The notes: generated from the sequence alone by a model not told the origin. A stretch of 64,000 nucleotides of DNA from an uncultured Candidatus Saccharibacteria bacterium (GCA_964427585.1 CAYRVC010000002.1:41513-105512), one strand, 5' to 3'; positions 39,047-48,520 are shown, numbered from the stretch's first letter. Numbers and translations: made by a program.

Positions 39047-41536
39047 TTACTGGCAGCTGTCGCATTGCAATCGCTCCTGCGGGTCAGCCGGGCAGACGCT
39101 GTATTTTTTAACGCTGACTGCCATGGCCTCCGCCCTCGCTGTTTCTTTTTTTATTGCCGAAAAGCCTATTTTTCCAAGAGCCTCTCTTTTGTTAACCTGA
39201 ACCGTGCTCTGTTCGGCCGTATGGCGGGGCTTCATGTGCAGATAATAAGTTGTTTTCAGTCCTTTTTTCCAGGCCGTTTTGTAAATATCAATAATTTCTT
39301 CAATATCCCTCGTTTCAAGATACATGTTGCGGGACAACGCCTGGTCAACCCATTTTTGGGCGCGGGCAGCCACTTCAATAAACGCGTATGGGGATATTGT
39401 AAAAGCCGATTTGTATTTTCTTCTTACTCCTTCCGGAATTTTTGTAATTTCTGAAATATCTCCCTGGCGCTCAATTATTTCATGGCGGGTTGCCTCCCAT
39501 AGATTTAATTTTTGAAGGTCGTTTGCCAGATTATGATTTATATCGAAATATTTCCCGGATATTTTATTCCTTGAAAACACCTGAGCGAACCTGGGGTCTA
39601 TTCCAGGCGTGGTTCCGGCCACCAGCCCGATATTGGCGTTGGGAGCCACAGCCATAAGCGTGGCATTGCGCATGCCTTTTTTCACTTTTTTCCTTAAAAT
39701 CTCCCAATCTATTGAAAGCTCTTGAGCCCGGCTTTTTTTATCAACATCCAAAGCCATGCCCCGGTCTTTTTCCAAATTTTTGATCGTATCAATAGGCAAA
39801 AATCCCTTTGACCAGCCCGATCCTTGAAAGTTTTTATAACTTCCGCGCTCTTTGGCTAAATTGCAACTTTCATCTATGGCAATAAAACTGATAAATTCAA
39901 AAATTTTGTCTGCAAACCCGTATGATTCAATGCTGTCGTAAGCGAAACCCAGCAATTCCACAGCTTCGGCAAAACCCATAACCCCCAGCCCCACAGCCCT
40001 GTTTTCCCTGTCGGATTTTATTGCCTCAAGAACGGGCAGTTCATTGATGTCTATCAAATTATCCAAGTGCCTTATTGCCACGCGGACAGTCTGCTCAAAT
40101 TTTTCCCAGTCGATTTCTTTGCCTGAAACATGCGAGACCAGGTTGACTGACGCAAGGTTGCAGACGGCAATATTATTTTTATCCTGCGGCAGGCAGATTT
40201 CCGTGCATAAATTGGACATATGTATTGTCCCAGTATTATTATTTAAAGCCCGCAGGTTAATAGGGTCTTTAAAAGTAAGCCAGGGGTGCGATGTTGCTTC
40301 AAGCATTACCAGAATCTGCCGGAATTGTTCCTGAGCCGGAACTTTTTTGAAAACTCGCAATTTGCCGGCTTTTGCCATTTCAATGTATTCTTTATAACGC
40401 TTTGAAAAATCTTTCCCGCACAGTTCGTTGAGGTCCGGCGTTTCTTTCGGGTCGAACATATACCATTCTTCATTTTTTTCCACCCGTCTCATAAATTCGT
40501 CCGATATGAAAACCGCGGTATTGGCGGTTCTCATCCTCAAATAATCATCTCCGGCATTGTGCTTCCAGTACAAAAAATCAGGGAAATCAATATGCCAGTT
40601 TTCCATGTAAAAGCACAGGGCTCCTTTCTTTTTTCCTCCCCGCTGTATTGCCCGGATGGCCGTGTCAATTATTTTGGCGAATGGGGTAGGCCCGCTTGAA
40701 GCTGTGTTGTTTGAGGAAAGCGGAGACCCGCTGGCTCGGAGCTTGGTTATTGAAGCTCCGATTCCGCCGGTGGCTTTGGAAATCTTTATCACGTCGGAAA
40801 CCGATTTGGCGATGTGGTCTATGTCGTCGTGAATTTCCAAAAGAAAACAATTGGACAAAGCGGGCCTCTTTGTTCCCGCCCCTATGTTCGTGGAACCCCC
40901 TGCCAGATATTCCAGGCGCGACATTTTCTCGTAAAATTCAATAGCCAGGCCGGTCGGATTTTTTTCGTTATACGACAAACCCATGGCCACCCGCATAAAA
41001 AAATACTGGGGCGTTTCAACCGGCTGCATATTTTTATCTTTCAAAGCATATCTGTCAAACAATGTGGAAAGCCCGGCATATTTGAAAAGCTCGTCCCTGC
41101 TAATATCCAGCGCCTGGGCCAGTTTATTATGGTCGAATTTCTTTTCCAGTCTTTCATCCAAAATGCCTGATTCAACAAATTTTTTAATGTATTCTGTGAA
41201 CTTTTGGCTGTGCAGTTTTTTTAATAAAACAGGGTCTTCGCCGTAATCCCCTAAAATCCTTTTGTATGCGGTTTTAAGAAGCAGGCGGGTAGCTATTTTA
41301 TCATACGAGATATCCTCCTGGATATTTTGCAGGGCGGCGTTGATGGTGGCATGGTCGAGTTCTTCGGTAGTGATGCCGTCATAAAGCATCAGGCGCGTTT
41401 CAGTGGCGACCTGGACCACTTTTTCCACCGGATTGTCCAATCCCCTGCACGCCCTTTCAATTGATCTGTTTATCCTGTCCGCATTAAAAGACTCCCTGCT
41501 GCCGTCTCTTTTAGTGACCGATATAGATATAGACAT
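39047..41536 (-). CDS. nrdA: Ribonucleotide reductase alpha subunit with ATP cone
   Basis: VTKRDG ATP cone, SNCFL, SNLCTEI, VCNLAS, GLKTTYY, C-terminal CxxC. Confidence 0.96.
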   Translation of the reverse strand: MSISISVTKRDGSRESFNADRINRSIERACRGLDNPVEKVVQVATETRLMLYDGITTEELDHATINAALQNIQEDISYDKIATRLLLKTAYKRILGDYGEDPVLLKKLHSQKFTEYIKKFVESGILDERLEKKFDHNKLAQALDISRDELFKYAGLSTLFDRYALKDKNMQPVETPQYFFMRVAMGLSYNEKNPTGLAIEFYEKMSRLEYLAGGSTNIGAGTKRPALSNCFLLEIHDDIDHIAKSVSDVIKISKATGGIGASITKLRASGSPLSSNNTASSGPTPFAKIIDTAIRAIQRGGKKKGALCFYMENWHIDFPDFLYWKHNAGDDYLRMRTANTAVFISDEFMRRVEKNEEWYMFDPKETPDLNELCGKDFSKRYKEYIEMAKAGKLRVFKKVPAQEQFRQILVMLEATSHPWLTFKDPINLRALNNNTGTIHMSNLCTEICLPQDKNNIAVCNLASVNLVSHVSGKEIDWEKFEQTVRVAIRHLDNLIDINELPVLEAIKSDRENRAVGLGVMGFAEAVELLGFAYDSIESYGFADKIFEFISFIAIDESCNLAKERGSYKNFQGSGWSKGFLPIDTIKNLEKDRGMALDVDKKSRAQELSIDWEILRKKVKKGMRNATLMAVAPNANIGLVAGTTPGIDPRFAQVFSRNKISGKYFDINHNLANDLQKLNLWEATRHEIIERQGDISEITKIPEGVRRKYKSAFTISPYAFIEVAARAQKWVDQALSRNMYLETRDIEEIIDIYKTAWKKGLKTTYYLHMKPRHTAEQSTVQVNKREALGKIGFSAIKKETARAEAMAVSVKKYSVCPADPQERLQCDSCQ

Positions 41537-41768
41537 AATAGTAAATATTATTAAATAGTAATTAATATTAAAGCATTCGAATATTATATCATATCGTAAA
41601 AATAGCATCTATTAAAAATTTTAAAAATTGCGGTAATTCTGTGGAAAACTATCCGTCGCCCGATATAAAAACCTCTCTAGCAAAGAAAACAAATGATATC
41701 TTGACAAGCCCGCCTGCCGAACGAATAATCCTCTAAACAAAAAGCGGAAAGATATCTTTCCGCTTTTT

Positions 41769-41843
41769 TGGTGCCCCCAGTTGGATTCGAACCAACATTT
41801 TAGACTCCGGAGGCCTAAGTTCTATCCATTGAACTATGGGGAC
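41769..41843 (-). tRNA. tRNA-Arg(CCG)
   Basis: GTCCCCA acceptor, TAGGC-CTCCGGA-GTCTA anticodon arm, GGTTCGAATCC, encoded CCA; terminator hairpin at about 41739-41769. Confidence 0.95.
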
Positions 41844-41906
41844 TCTTTTGTTATGTTATCAAAAAGCTGGCAAAAAGCCAGCTTAAATTCCAAAGAGAAT
41901 AAAAAT

Positions 41907-42854
41907 CTATTTTACCCTGGAAACTCTTATCAAACCGGAGCATGGCACAATTTCAATTCCCTGCCTTTCGAGCTCGTCTAAAAACAAATTGACACCGATT
42001 GAATCAGAAGACATATGTCCGGCAATGACAATATTCACATTGGCCGCTTCGGCTTCTTTTTTATGTTCCTCTGAAATATGCATTCCCAACACTGTGCCTA
42101 TACCGGCTTGCGCCATTTTTTCATAAAGTTTTGGAGAACCTTCCGTGCCTCCGGTTATTTCGGTCAAAGCTATTTTCCCGCACCTGTTTTCAGGGGAGCC
42201 GACAAAAATTTTCGGCCCCACGCCTATCTTGGCCGCTTCTTTATATTCGGGAATCTGCTTTAACAGTTTTATTATGTCTTGAAGCTGGAACAGATCTTTA
42301 TTTTCAATTTGCTTTTTCAAAAATTCGGCTGCCAAATTGTCGCATACGGTATGCAGGCACATTAAATTAAAACCGAGGATTTTTGCCGCGTCAACGGTTT
42401 TCTGATGATTTGCCGAATTAACCCCTCTTGCAACCTCGGAAATTCTCGGATTCATCAAGCCCTCAGCCACGTTAATGGGAACGCCGTATTGGTTTAACAC
42501 ATCTGCCTGCAGTTCCATTACATCGGCCAGATTAGCCAAGGCCTTGCCAATCGGATGATGGGAAACGACCAGGTCAACTCCGCCGATTTCTTTAGCCATC
42601 AGTATCTCGGCGGAATTTATGTCTATGCCGACTAAAACTTTTTTTATTTCCTTATCTTCCGCTATGTGCAATATCCTTGAATCCAGAAAAGGATTTTCCA
42701 GGGATTCTGCGTCAAAGTCAGATTTTTCTTCCTCTGAAAGTTTCTGGTATTTTTCTTTTTTCTTTAGCAGGAGCTTATTTATAAAATCCCCTCCCCTGAA
42801 ATCCGAGGCAATGCCCATTTTAACCGCTAAATTATATATTTCTTTTATTGTCAT
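41907..42854 (-). CDS. NIF3-like protein
   Basis: GID, HHP.G, HT..DN, TGGTEG, AGHMSSDS.G.N. Confidence 0.8.
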   Translation of the reverse strand: MTIKEIYNLAVKMGIASDFRGGDFINKLLLKKKEKYQKLSEEEKSDFDAESLENPFLDSRILHIAEDKEIKKVLVGIDINSAEILMAKEIGGVDLVVSHHPIGKALANLADVMELQADVLNQYGVPINVAEGLMNPRISEVARGVNSANHQKTVDAAKILGFNLMCLHTVCDNLAAEFLKKQIENKDLFQLQDIIKLLKQIPEYKEAAKIGVGPKIFVGSPENRCGKIALTEITGGTEGSPKLYEKMAQAGIGTVLGMHISEEHKKEAEAANVNIVIAGHMSSDSIGVNLFLDELERQGIEIVPCSGLIRVSRVK

Positions 42855-43146
42855 ATTTTTCGTATATTTTATTTATTGATTCTTTTTGTTTTTTTACATC
42901 CAAAACACCCCGGCGTATGCGGGATTTTTCTCTGCGGATAAATTTACGCGCTGATTTCGGAAGTTTCTTATGCATAGATTAAATGAAAAAAATAAACTCA
43001 TCATTTTTACAATATGCTATAAAGCATATCCTAATTTTTAACATAAAGCAAGGAGTTATAAAGAAGTTTACAGGTTTGACAAACTTTCCTAATTTGATAC
43101 AAAGAAACCAGCTCTTTTACAGTTTAAACTGGTTTTATCTGCATGT

Positions 43147-43231
43147 AGAAGAAAAATATCGGGAAGACGAGATTTGGGTAACTAATATCTTTGATCTAGT
43201 GGTAAATGTTTTAAAACCAAAACAAAAATAA
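43147..43231 (+). pseudogene. 3' remnant of a paralog of 36899-37657
   Basis: EKYREDEIWVTNIFDLVVNVLKPK vs EKYREDEIWVTNFFDLVVNVLEPK. Confidence 0.8.
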
Positions 43232-43265
43232 ACTTAGCAAAGAAGAACCATGAAAGGAGACTGTC

Positions 43266-43526
43266 ATGCTTTCTAGAGCAACAAAAAAATTAGCTGAAGA
43301 AGTATTCGGATATTTTGATGAAAGAGATAAAAGGGTTTTCGGCCATATTACCGCAAAAAGGAGAGAAGAAGCAAAAAAAAACCCAGAGGTCTGTTTAATA
43401 GCATTGCTTTTAGCTATTAAAGAAAAGCTTCCTTATAGTTGCGCAATTCTTAGAAGTACTGTTGAAGAAGCGCTTTACGAAGACAATATAGAAGAAGCAA
43501 AAAAAAGATTAAAGAAAGCCAAATAA
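43266..43526 (+). CDS. Hypothetical protein, paralog of 36643-36867
   Basis: Protein similarity; AAGGAG RBS. Confidence 0.75.
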   Translation: MLSRATKKLAEEVFGYFDERDKRVFGHITAKRREEAKKNPEVCLIALLLAIKEKLPYSCAILRSTVEEALYEDNIEEAKKRLKKAK

Positions 43527-43569
43527 AATCTTATCTTAAGTTTTAAAGAAAAACATATGCCTCGATTCA

Positions 43570-43812
43570 TCAAACCGGGGCTTTTTTATTTTTAATTATA
43601 AATCTTAACTTGTTAAAATCTTTCACAGTTTGGCTTGTTATTTCTTCTGACAAAGAAGAAAAATCTTTTATTTTTGAATTTAAATACTTCACAACGGCCT
43701 CTAAGTCTTTTTCAAATTGAGGCTGTGCTTCCTCTTTTGTTTCTATGGTTTTTTCAACGGCTTTGGCGACGCTCGTTTCTTCTTCTGTTGAAAAATTTTC
43801 TCGATTCCTCAT
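43570..43812 (-). CDS. Hypothetical protein
   Basis: 80-aa ORF downstream of murE. Confidence 0.45.
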   Translation of the reverse strand: MRNRENFSTEEETSVAKAVEKTIETKEEAQPQFEKDLEAVVKYLNSKIKDFSSLSEEITSQTVKDFNKLRFIIKNKKAPV

Positions 43813-43818
43813 AATTTT

Positions 43819-43845
43819 AATTTGTGAGCCCCGAGCTCACAAATT
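43819..43845. repeat. REP-like palindrome overlapping the murE stop codon
   Basis: AATTTGTGAGC-CCCGA-GCTCACAAATT. Confidence 0.75.
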
Positions 43846-45084
43846 TTTTAAATTTAAAAAATCTCTTACTGTTTGCCTATCGTCCCAGGGGATTTTTTTT
43901 CCGTTTTTAAGGCACATCCAAGGCTCAGACCCCTTTCCTGTAATTATAACAATATCGCCGGGTTTTGCAAAGCTTAAAGCGTGATTTATCGCCTCTTTTC
44001 TGTCTGGAATTTTTTCCGCTTTTCCGCCCGCCCCCATGGCAACCTGGCTGATTATTTCCATCGGATCTTCGTCATAAGGGTCTTCATTGGTAATAATAAT
44101 TTTATCGCAGTATTTTGCCGCGATTTTTCCCAACTCCGGCCTTTTCCATTTGTCCCTGCCGCCTCCGCAAGAACCCAGCACGCATATTAGTTTGAAATTT
44201 AAAATTTGAAATTTGAAATTTTTTAACGTTTTATAAACGCCTTCTAACTGTTCAGGGGTATGCGCATAATCAACAACAGTCATAAAAGGCTGTTTGGCAA
44301 CAATTTCCATTCTTCCAGGAATTGCTCTGGCTTTTTCTAAAGCTTTAGCGCAAGTTTTTAGATCAACGCCATAAGCTTTGGCAACGCATAATGCCGCCAA
44401 AGCATTACAAATATTAAATTCGCCCAATAGGTTAAGGTTGAATTTTTGCCCTCCAGCCTCAAAGCTGATTCCGTTTTCTGACTTTATATTTTTTGCGTTT
44501 TTAATGCTAAATCTTATTTTTTTTCTTGCCCTGATTTTCAAAAAATGCCCTGCGTTCTCGTCATCTTCATTGATTATATGGATATTTTTTGCCGCCTTGA
44601 ATAATTTTAATTTTTCATTCCTGTAATTTTCAAAACCGCCGTGCGATTCCAGGTGCTCTTTGCCCAAATTGGTAAAAACAGCCGCGTCAAAATTTATAAA
44701 CTTGTGGCGAAACTGTTTTATGCCTTCTGACGTAACTTCTAAAACAACGAATTTACATCCCGCATTTTTTGCCTGGCTTAAAAACTTCTGTATTGCCAAT
44801 CTTCCCGGCATTGTCATTTTATAATTGTTTTTCCATTCTTTTTCCCCGATTTTAAACCTTATGGAAGAGATGGATGCTGTTTTATTGCCAGCTTCCTCCA
44901 AAATCCTTGTTATGAAATCAACCGTTGTTGACTTGCCACTGGTGCCCGTAACCCCGATAATTTTCATATTCTTGTCTTTGCCCGCGAATCCATGCAAAAA
45001 AGCCCCAAGCAATGCCAGTTTATAGTGATAAGCGCTCAGAAAAAACTTTGGCGTAATTTTTTTTATTGTTTCCTTAATTGCCAT
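43837..45084 (-). CDS. murE: UDP-MurNAc-tripeptide synthetase
   Basis: GVTGTSGKST, EVTSEG, PGRME, VDYAHTP, GGRD..KR, ITGKG.E. Confidence 0.92.
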   Translation of the reverse strand: MAIKETIKKITPKFFLSAYHYKLALLGAFLHGFAGKDKNMKIIGVTGTSGKSTTVDFITRILEEAGNKTASISSIRFKIGEKEWKNNYKMTMPGRLAIQKFLSQAKNAGCKFVVLEVTSEGIKQFRHKFINFDAAVFTNLGKEHLESHGGFENYRNEKLKLFKAAKNIHIINEDDENAGHFLKIRARKKIRFSIKNAKNIKSENGISFEAGGQKFNLNLLGEFNICNALAALCVAKAYGVDLKTCAKALEKARAIPGRMEIVAKQPFMTVVDYAHTPEQLEGVYKTLKNFKFQILNFKLICVLGSCGGGRDKWKRPELGKIAAKYCDKIIITNEDPYDEDPMEIISQVAMGAGGKAEKIPDRKEAINHALSFAKPGDIVIITGKGSEPWMCLKNGKKIPWDDRQTVRDFLNLKNL

Positions 45085-45157
45085 TGTTTTTAATTTAACA
45101 CGGAGTTCAAACAAAAAAAAGAGCCTGATATTTTCCAGGCTCTATAAGCAATAAAAA

Positions 45158-45553
45158 TTATTTATTGCCGTTTGCTATTGCTTTTTTAAAACTTTGCATT
45201 AAGGCTTCGGCGCTTGCCTTTATTACATCTGTTGAAACAGCTTTTGTGATCCATTCTTTAATCCCGTCGGAAGAAATTATCATTACTTCCACGGAGGACG
45301 CGGTCCCGGCGCTTCCATCTTTTATTCTGACCCAAAAATCTTTAAGGGTTATATCTTTCAATTTTGGAAAATAAGGATTTAATGCTTTCCTTATGGCCGT
45401 ATCCAGGGCGTTAATCGGGCCGTTTCCTTCGGCCACTTTATGCTCGTAGTTCTGGCCAATTTTTATTTTAACGGTTGCTTCAGACGGCGTTTGATTTTTC
45501 AAGTCGCTTTCAGATTCAACTTTATAATGCAAAACTTCAAAAGCGCATTCCAT
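45158..45553 (-). CDS. Stand-alone LeuA/CimA C-terminal allosteric domain
   Basis: SEATVKI, AEGNGPINALD.A.RKAL...P, L.D..VRI, GT...V.V, W....VS.D.I.AS..AL. Confidence 0.85.
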   Translation of the reverse strand: MECAFEVLHYKVESESDLKNQTPSEATVKIKIGQNYEHKVAEGNGPINALDTAIRKALNPYFPKLKDITLKDFWVRIKDGSAGTASSVEVMIISSDGIKEWITKAVSTDVIKASAEALMQSFKKAIANGNK

Positions 45554-45589
45554 TTTCCGGCTCCTTGTTTTGAAATGTGAAAGGGCTAA

Positions 45590-45798
45590 TACCTTGAATT
45601 ACGAAATGACCTTCAACTCTTTATGTTTTGGCTTTGGCTACGCCTTTGTAAAAATTTTTAGACAGACTTGTTTCACAGTATGCCTAAAAATTTTTACAAA
45701 GTCTCGCCAGGTCGGGAAATCCTGCTTCGCAGGAATTTCTCGCGACCCTACGAAAGCCAAACCAAAATAGTTCGGAAGGCATTTCGTAACTCAAGGTA
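45590..45798. mobile_element. MITE-like nested-palindrome element (209 bp)
   Basis: 19-bp terminal inverted repeats (18/19 match) starting and ending in TA; internal perfect 18-bp IR at 45644-45661/45684-45701. Confidence 0.55.
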
Positions 45799-45960
45799 AT
45801 AAATAAAAAACCTCTTTTTAAAGAAGAGGCACATTCAATTTTCAATCTTCAATACAAATGTGCTCCTTCTTTAAGAGAGGTTAATAATGATATTAATAAT
45901 ATTTTTTAAAGCCCTGAAATTCATATGTTAAATGCTACAAAATTAAACAATTTATGTCAA
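45798..45960 (-). promoter_or_regulatory. Candidate Ile-responsive transcription attenuator with promoter
   Basis: TTGACA-17-TAGCAT (45960-45932); leader ORF; mutually exclusive hairpins; terminator CCTCTT-N7-AAGAGG followed by TTTTTT. Confidence 0.65.
45871..45924 (-). CDS. Putative leader peptide MNFRALKNIINIIINLS
   Basis: 17 codons with 5 Ile in a 6-codon window; stop lies within the hairpin region. Confidence 0.6.
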   Translation of the reverse strand: MNFRALKNIINIIINLS

Positions 45961-46520
45961 CCTTTTCCTAAAATTTTCAGCGCTTGTTTTATTTTTTCTT
46001 CGGGGTCTTTTATCTCTTTTGGAATTTGGGCCAAGGCTTGTTTTGCCTGTTGTTTTAAAAAGCCTAATTGCATTAAAGCCGATTCAGCTTCATCAATTAA
46101 AGAAGATTTTTGGTCTGACGTTTTTATTTTACCGGTTAATTCTAAAATTATCGCCATTGCCCTTTTCTGGCCGATTCCGGGAATTCCGGCAAAAACATTT
46201 TCATCCTGCTTTAAAATCTTGTCTTTTATTTTTTCCAGAGGGCCTATGACGGAAATCTCCAGGGCGGCTTTAGGCCCCACGCCGCGTATGCCGTTAAGCG
46301 TTTCAAAAAATTCCAGCTCTTCATAGCTTAAAAACCCGTATAAGTCTGATACATCTTCCCTTATATTTTGGAAACAAAAGAGATTGATGTTTACGCCGAT
46401 TTCTGGTAGCCTTAACAAGGTTTGGCGGGATAAAAAAACCTTATAGCCGACATTATTGACTTCCAATATAATAAACTTATCTTTTTTTAATATAATTTTT
46501 CCGAAGAGATATGCTATCAT
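45957..46520 (-). CDS. ruvA: Holliday junction branch migration protein RuvA
   Basis: MIAYL.G, VGY.V, RED...LYGF, GVGPK.A, PGIG.K.A..I..EL. Confidence 0.95.
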   Translation of the reverse strand: MIAYLFGKIILKKDKFIILEVNNVGYKVFLSRQTLLRLPEIGVNINLFCFQNIREDVSDLYGFLSYEELEFFETLNGIRGVGPKAALEISVIGPLEKIKDKILKQDENVFAGIPGIGQKRAMAIILELTGKIKTSDQKSSLIDEAESALMQLGFLKQQAKQALAQIPKEIKDPEEKIKQALKILGKG

Positions 46521-46534
46521 TAAATTAATTATAT

Positions 46535-48478
46535 ATGAAATTTGAACTGATTTCAAAATTCAAGCCGAAAGGCGACCAGCCGGAGGCCATAAAAAAACTT
46601 TCGCGGAATCTTAAAGCCGGAATAAAACACCAGGTGCTTTTGGGCGTGACCGGATCCGGAAAAACTTTTACCATGGCTTCTGTAATTGAAAAAATGAATA
46701 AGCCAGCTCTCGTGATATCGCCCAACAAAACGCTGGCGGCCCAGCTATATCAGGAATTCAAAGAATTTTTCCCCGATAATGCCGTTCACTATTTTGTTTC
46801 TTATTATGATTACTACCAGCCCGAAGCCTATATCCCTCAGACGGATACCTATATAGAAAAAGACGCCAAAATAAACGAGGAAATCGACCGCTTGAGGCAT
46901 TCTGCCGTTCAGGACGTGATATCAAGAAGAGACGCGATAGTCGTGGCCTCGGTTTCCTGCATATATAACATCGGCGACCCTAAAAATTACCAGGAAGTTT
47001 CCTTGGATATAAAAACCGGCCAGAAAATAAAAAGGAAGGATTTTATCTTGCGATTAACCGATATGCAATATAAAAGGAACGATATTGATTTTAAACCCGG
47101 TTCCTTTCGCGCCAGAGGAGACATGATAGACGTTTATTTGGTGACCGGAGAAAAAATTTTAAGAGTGGAGTTTTTAGGCGATACAATATCAAAAATATCC
47201 GAATCCGCGCCAAAAATAAATTCAAATTTCAAATTTCAAATTTCAAATTTTTCGTTGTTTCCCGCCACTTTCTGGGTGGCTCCGCAAAGCAAGCTTAAAA
47301 TAGCCCTTGAAAACATAAGGCTGGAGCTTCAGGAAAGGTTGAAAATTTTAAACAAGGAAAAAAAACTGCTGGAAGCCGAAAGACTGGAGCAAAAAACAAA
47401 CTACGACTTGGAAATGCTGGAGGAAACAGGCATCTGCCACGGCATTGAAAACTATTCAAGACACTTGGAATTTAGGAAGCCCGGGCAGGCCCCTTTCAGC
47501 CTGATTGATTATTTCGATTATTTCAACAAGGAAGGTTTTTTGATATTTATAGACGAATCGCACATCACCGTCCCCCAGATAAGGGCTATGTCCGCGCAAG
47601 ACAGGATAAGAAAAGAAACCTTGATTGATTTTGGATTCAGGCTACCGTCTGCCGTGGACAACCGGCCTTTGGCTTTCAAGGAATTTGAAGAAAGGGAAAG
47701 GCAAACGGTTTATGTTTCCGCCACGCCGGCTGATTACGAGATAACGAAGGCGGATAACAATATAGCAGAACAGTTGATCAGACCCACCGGACTTTTGGAG
47801 CCTAAAATAGAAATAAGAAAAACCGAAAACCAGATCAAAGATTTGTTGAAAGAAATAGAGATACAAACCTTAAAAAAACAACGCATACTGGTTTTGACCC
47901 TGACAAAAAGACTGGCGGAAGAAATTTCAGATTATCTTATAGAGAAAGGGGTTAAAACCCAGTATCTGCACTCTGAGGTAAAAACTTTGGAGCGGCCGGA
48001 AATTTTAAAAAATTTAAGGCAGGGAAAATACGACGTCCTGGTGGGAATCAACCTTTTAAGGGAAGGGATTGATCTGCCGGAAGTGGCTTTAGTGGCTATT
48101 CTGGATGCCGACAAAGAAGGATTTTTAAGGAACAGGACGACTTTGATACAGATAATGGGCAGGGCAGCCAGGCATCCTTCAGGCCGAATCATTCTGTATG
48201 CGGACACAACCACCCAATCAATGAAGTCAGCTATAAAAGAAATCCACAGAAGAAGAAAAATCCAGGAAGATTACAATAAAAAACACAAAATAACTCCAAG
48301 CCCCATTATTAAAGACATAAGAGATTGGGGATTTTCCAAAAAAGAAGACATTGCCTCCGAGTTCTGGCTGGTCCAGGATAAAAAACTTCTTGAAAAAGAA
48401 ATGCAAAAAGCCGCTCAAAACCTTGATTTTGAAAGGGCGGCCGAACTAAGAGACCTGATTAAAAAACAAGAAAAGTAG
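46535..48478 (+). CDS. uvrB: Excinuclease ABC subunit B
   Basis: GDQPEAI, GVTGSGKTF, YYDYYQPEAY, DESH, GINLLREG. Confidence 0.97.
   Translation: MKFELISKFKPKGDQPEAIKKLSRNLKAGIKHQVLLGVTGSGKTFTMASVIEKMNKPALVISPNKTLAAQLYQEFKEFFPDNAVHYFVSYYDYYQPEAYIPQTDTYIEKDAKINEEIDRLRHSAVQDVISRRDAIVVASVSCIYNIGDPKNYQEVSLDIKTGQKIKRKDFILRLTDMQYKRNDIDFKPGSFRARGDMIDVYLVTGEKILRVEFLGDTISKISESAPKINSNFKFQISNFSLFPATFWVAPQSKLKIALENIRLELQERLKILNKEKKLLEAERLEQKTNYDLEMLEETGICHGIENYSRHLEFRKPGQAPFSLIDYFDYFNKEGFLIFIDESHITVPQIRAMSAQDRIRKETLIDFGFRLPSAVDNRPLAFKEFEERERQTVYVSATPADYEITKADNNIAEQLIRPTGLLEPKIEIRKTENQIKDLLKEIEIQTLKKQRILVLTLTKRLAEEISDYLIEKGVKTQYLHSEVKTLERPEILKNLRQGKYDVLVGINLLREGIDLPEVALVAILDADKEGFLRNRTTLIQIMGRAARHPSGRIILYADTTTQSMKSAIKEIHRRRKIQEDYNKKHKITPSPIIKDIRDWGFSKKEDIASEFWLVQDKKLLEKEMQKAAQNLDFERAAELRDLIKKQEK
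47223..47250 (+). repeat. (CAAATTT)4 heptamer repeat inside uvrB
   Basis: Four perfect copies within the stretch encoding SNFKFQISNF. Confidence 0.9.
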
Positions 48479-48520
48479 TTCATTGCCTCAAAACAAGCAA
48501 TCTTTTGTTTTGAGGTCTTA

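Noticed and set aside
41640-41648. DnaA-box-like TGTGGAAAA upstream of nrdA (similar 9-mers near 38021 and 58890)
   Set aside because: Single mismatched copies, not clustered; insufficient for an origin or regulatory call. No convincing NrdR box was seen.
42983-43146. 5' part of the 82-aa ORF 42983-43231 as a real gene
   Set aside because: It runs through the duplicated promoter; only the 3' end is homologous to a gene.
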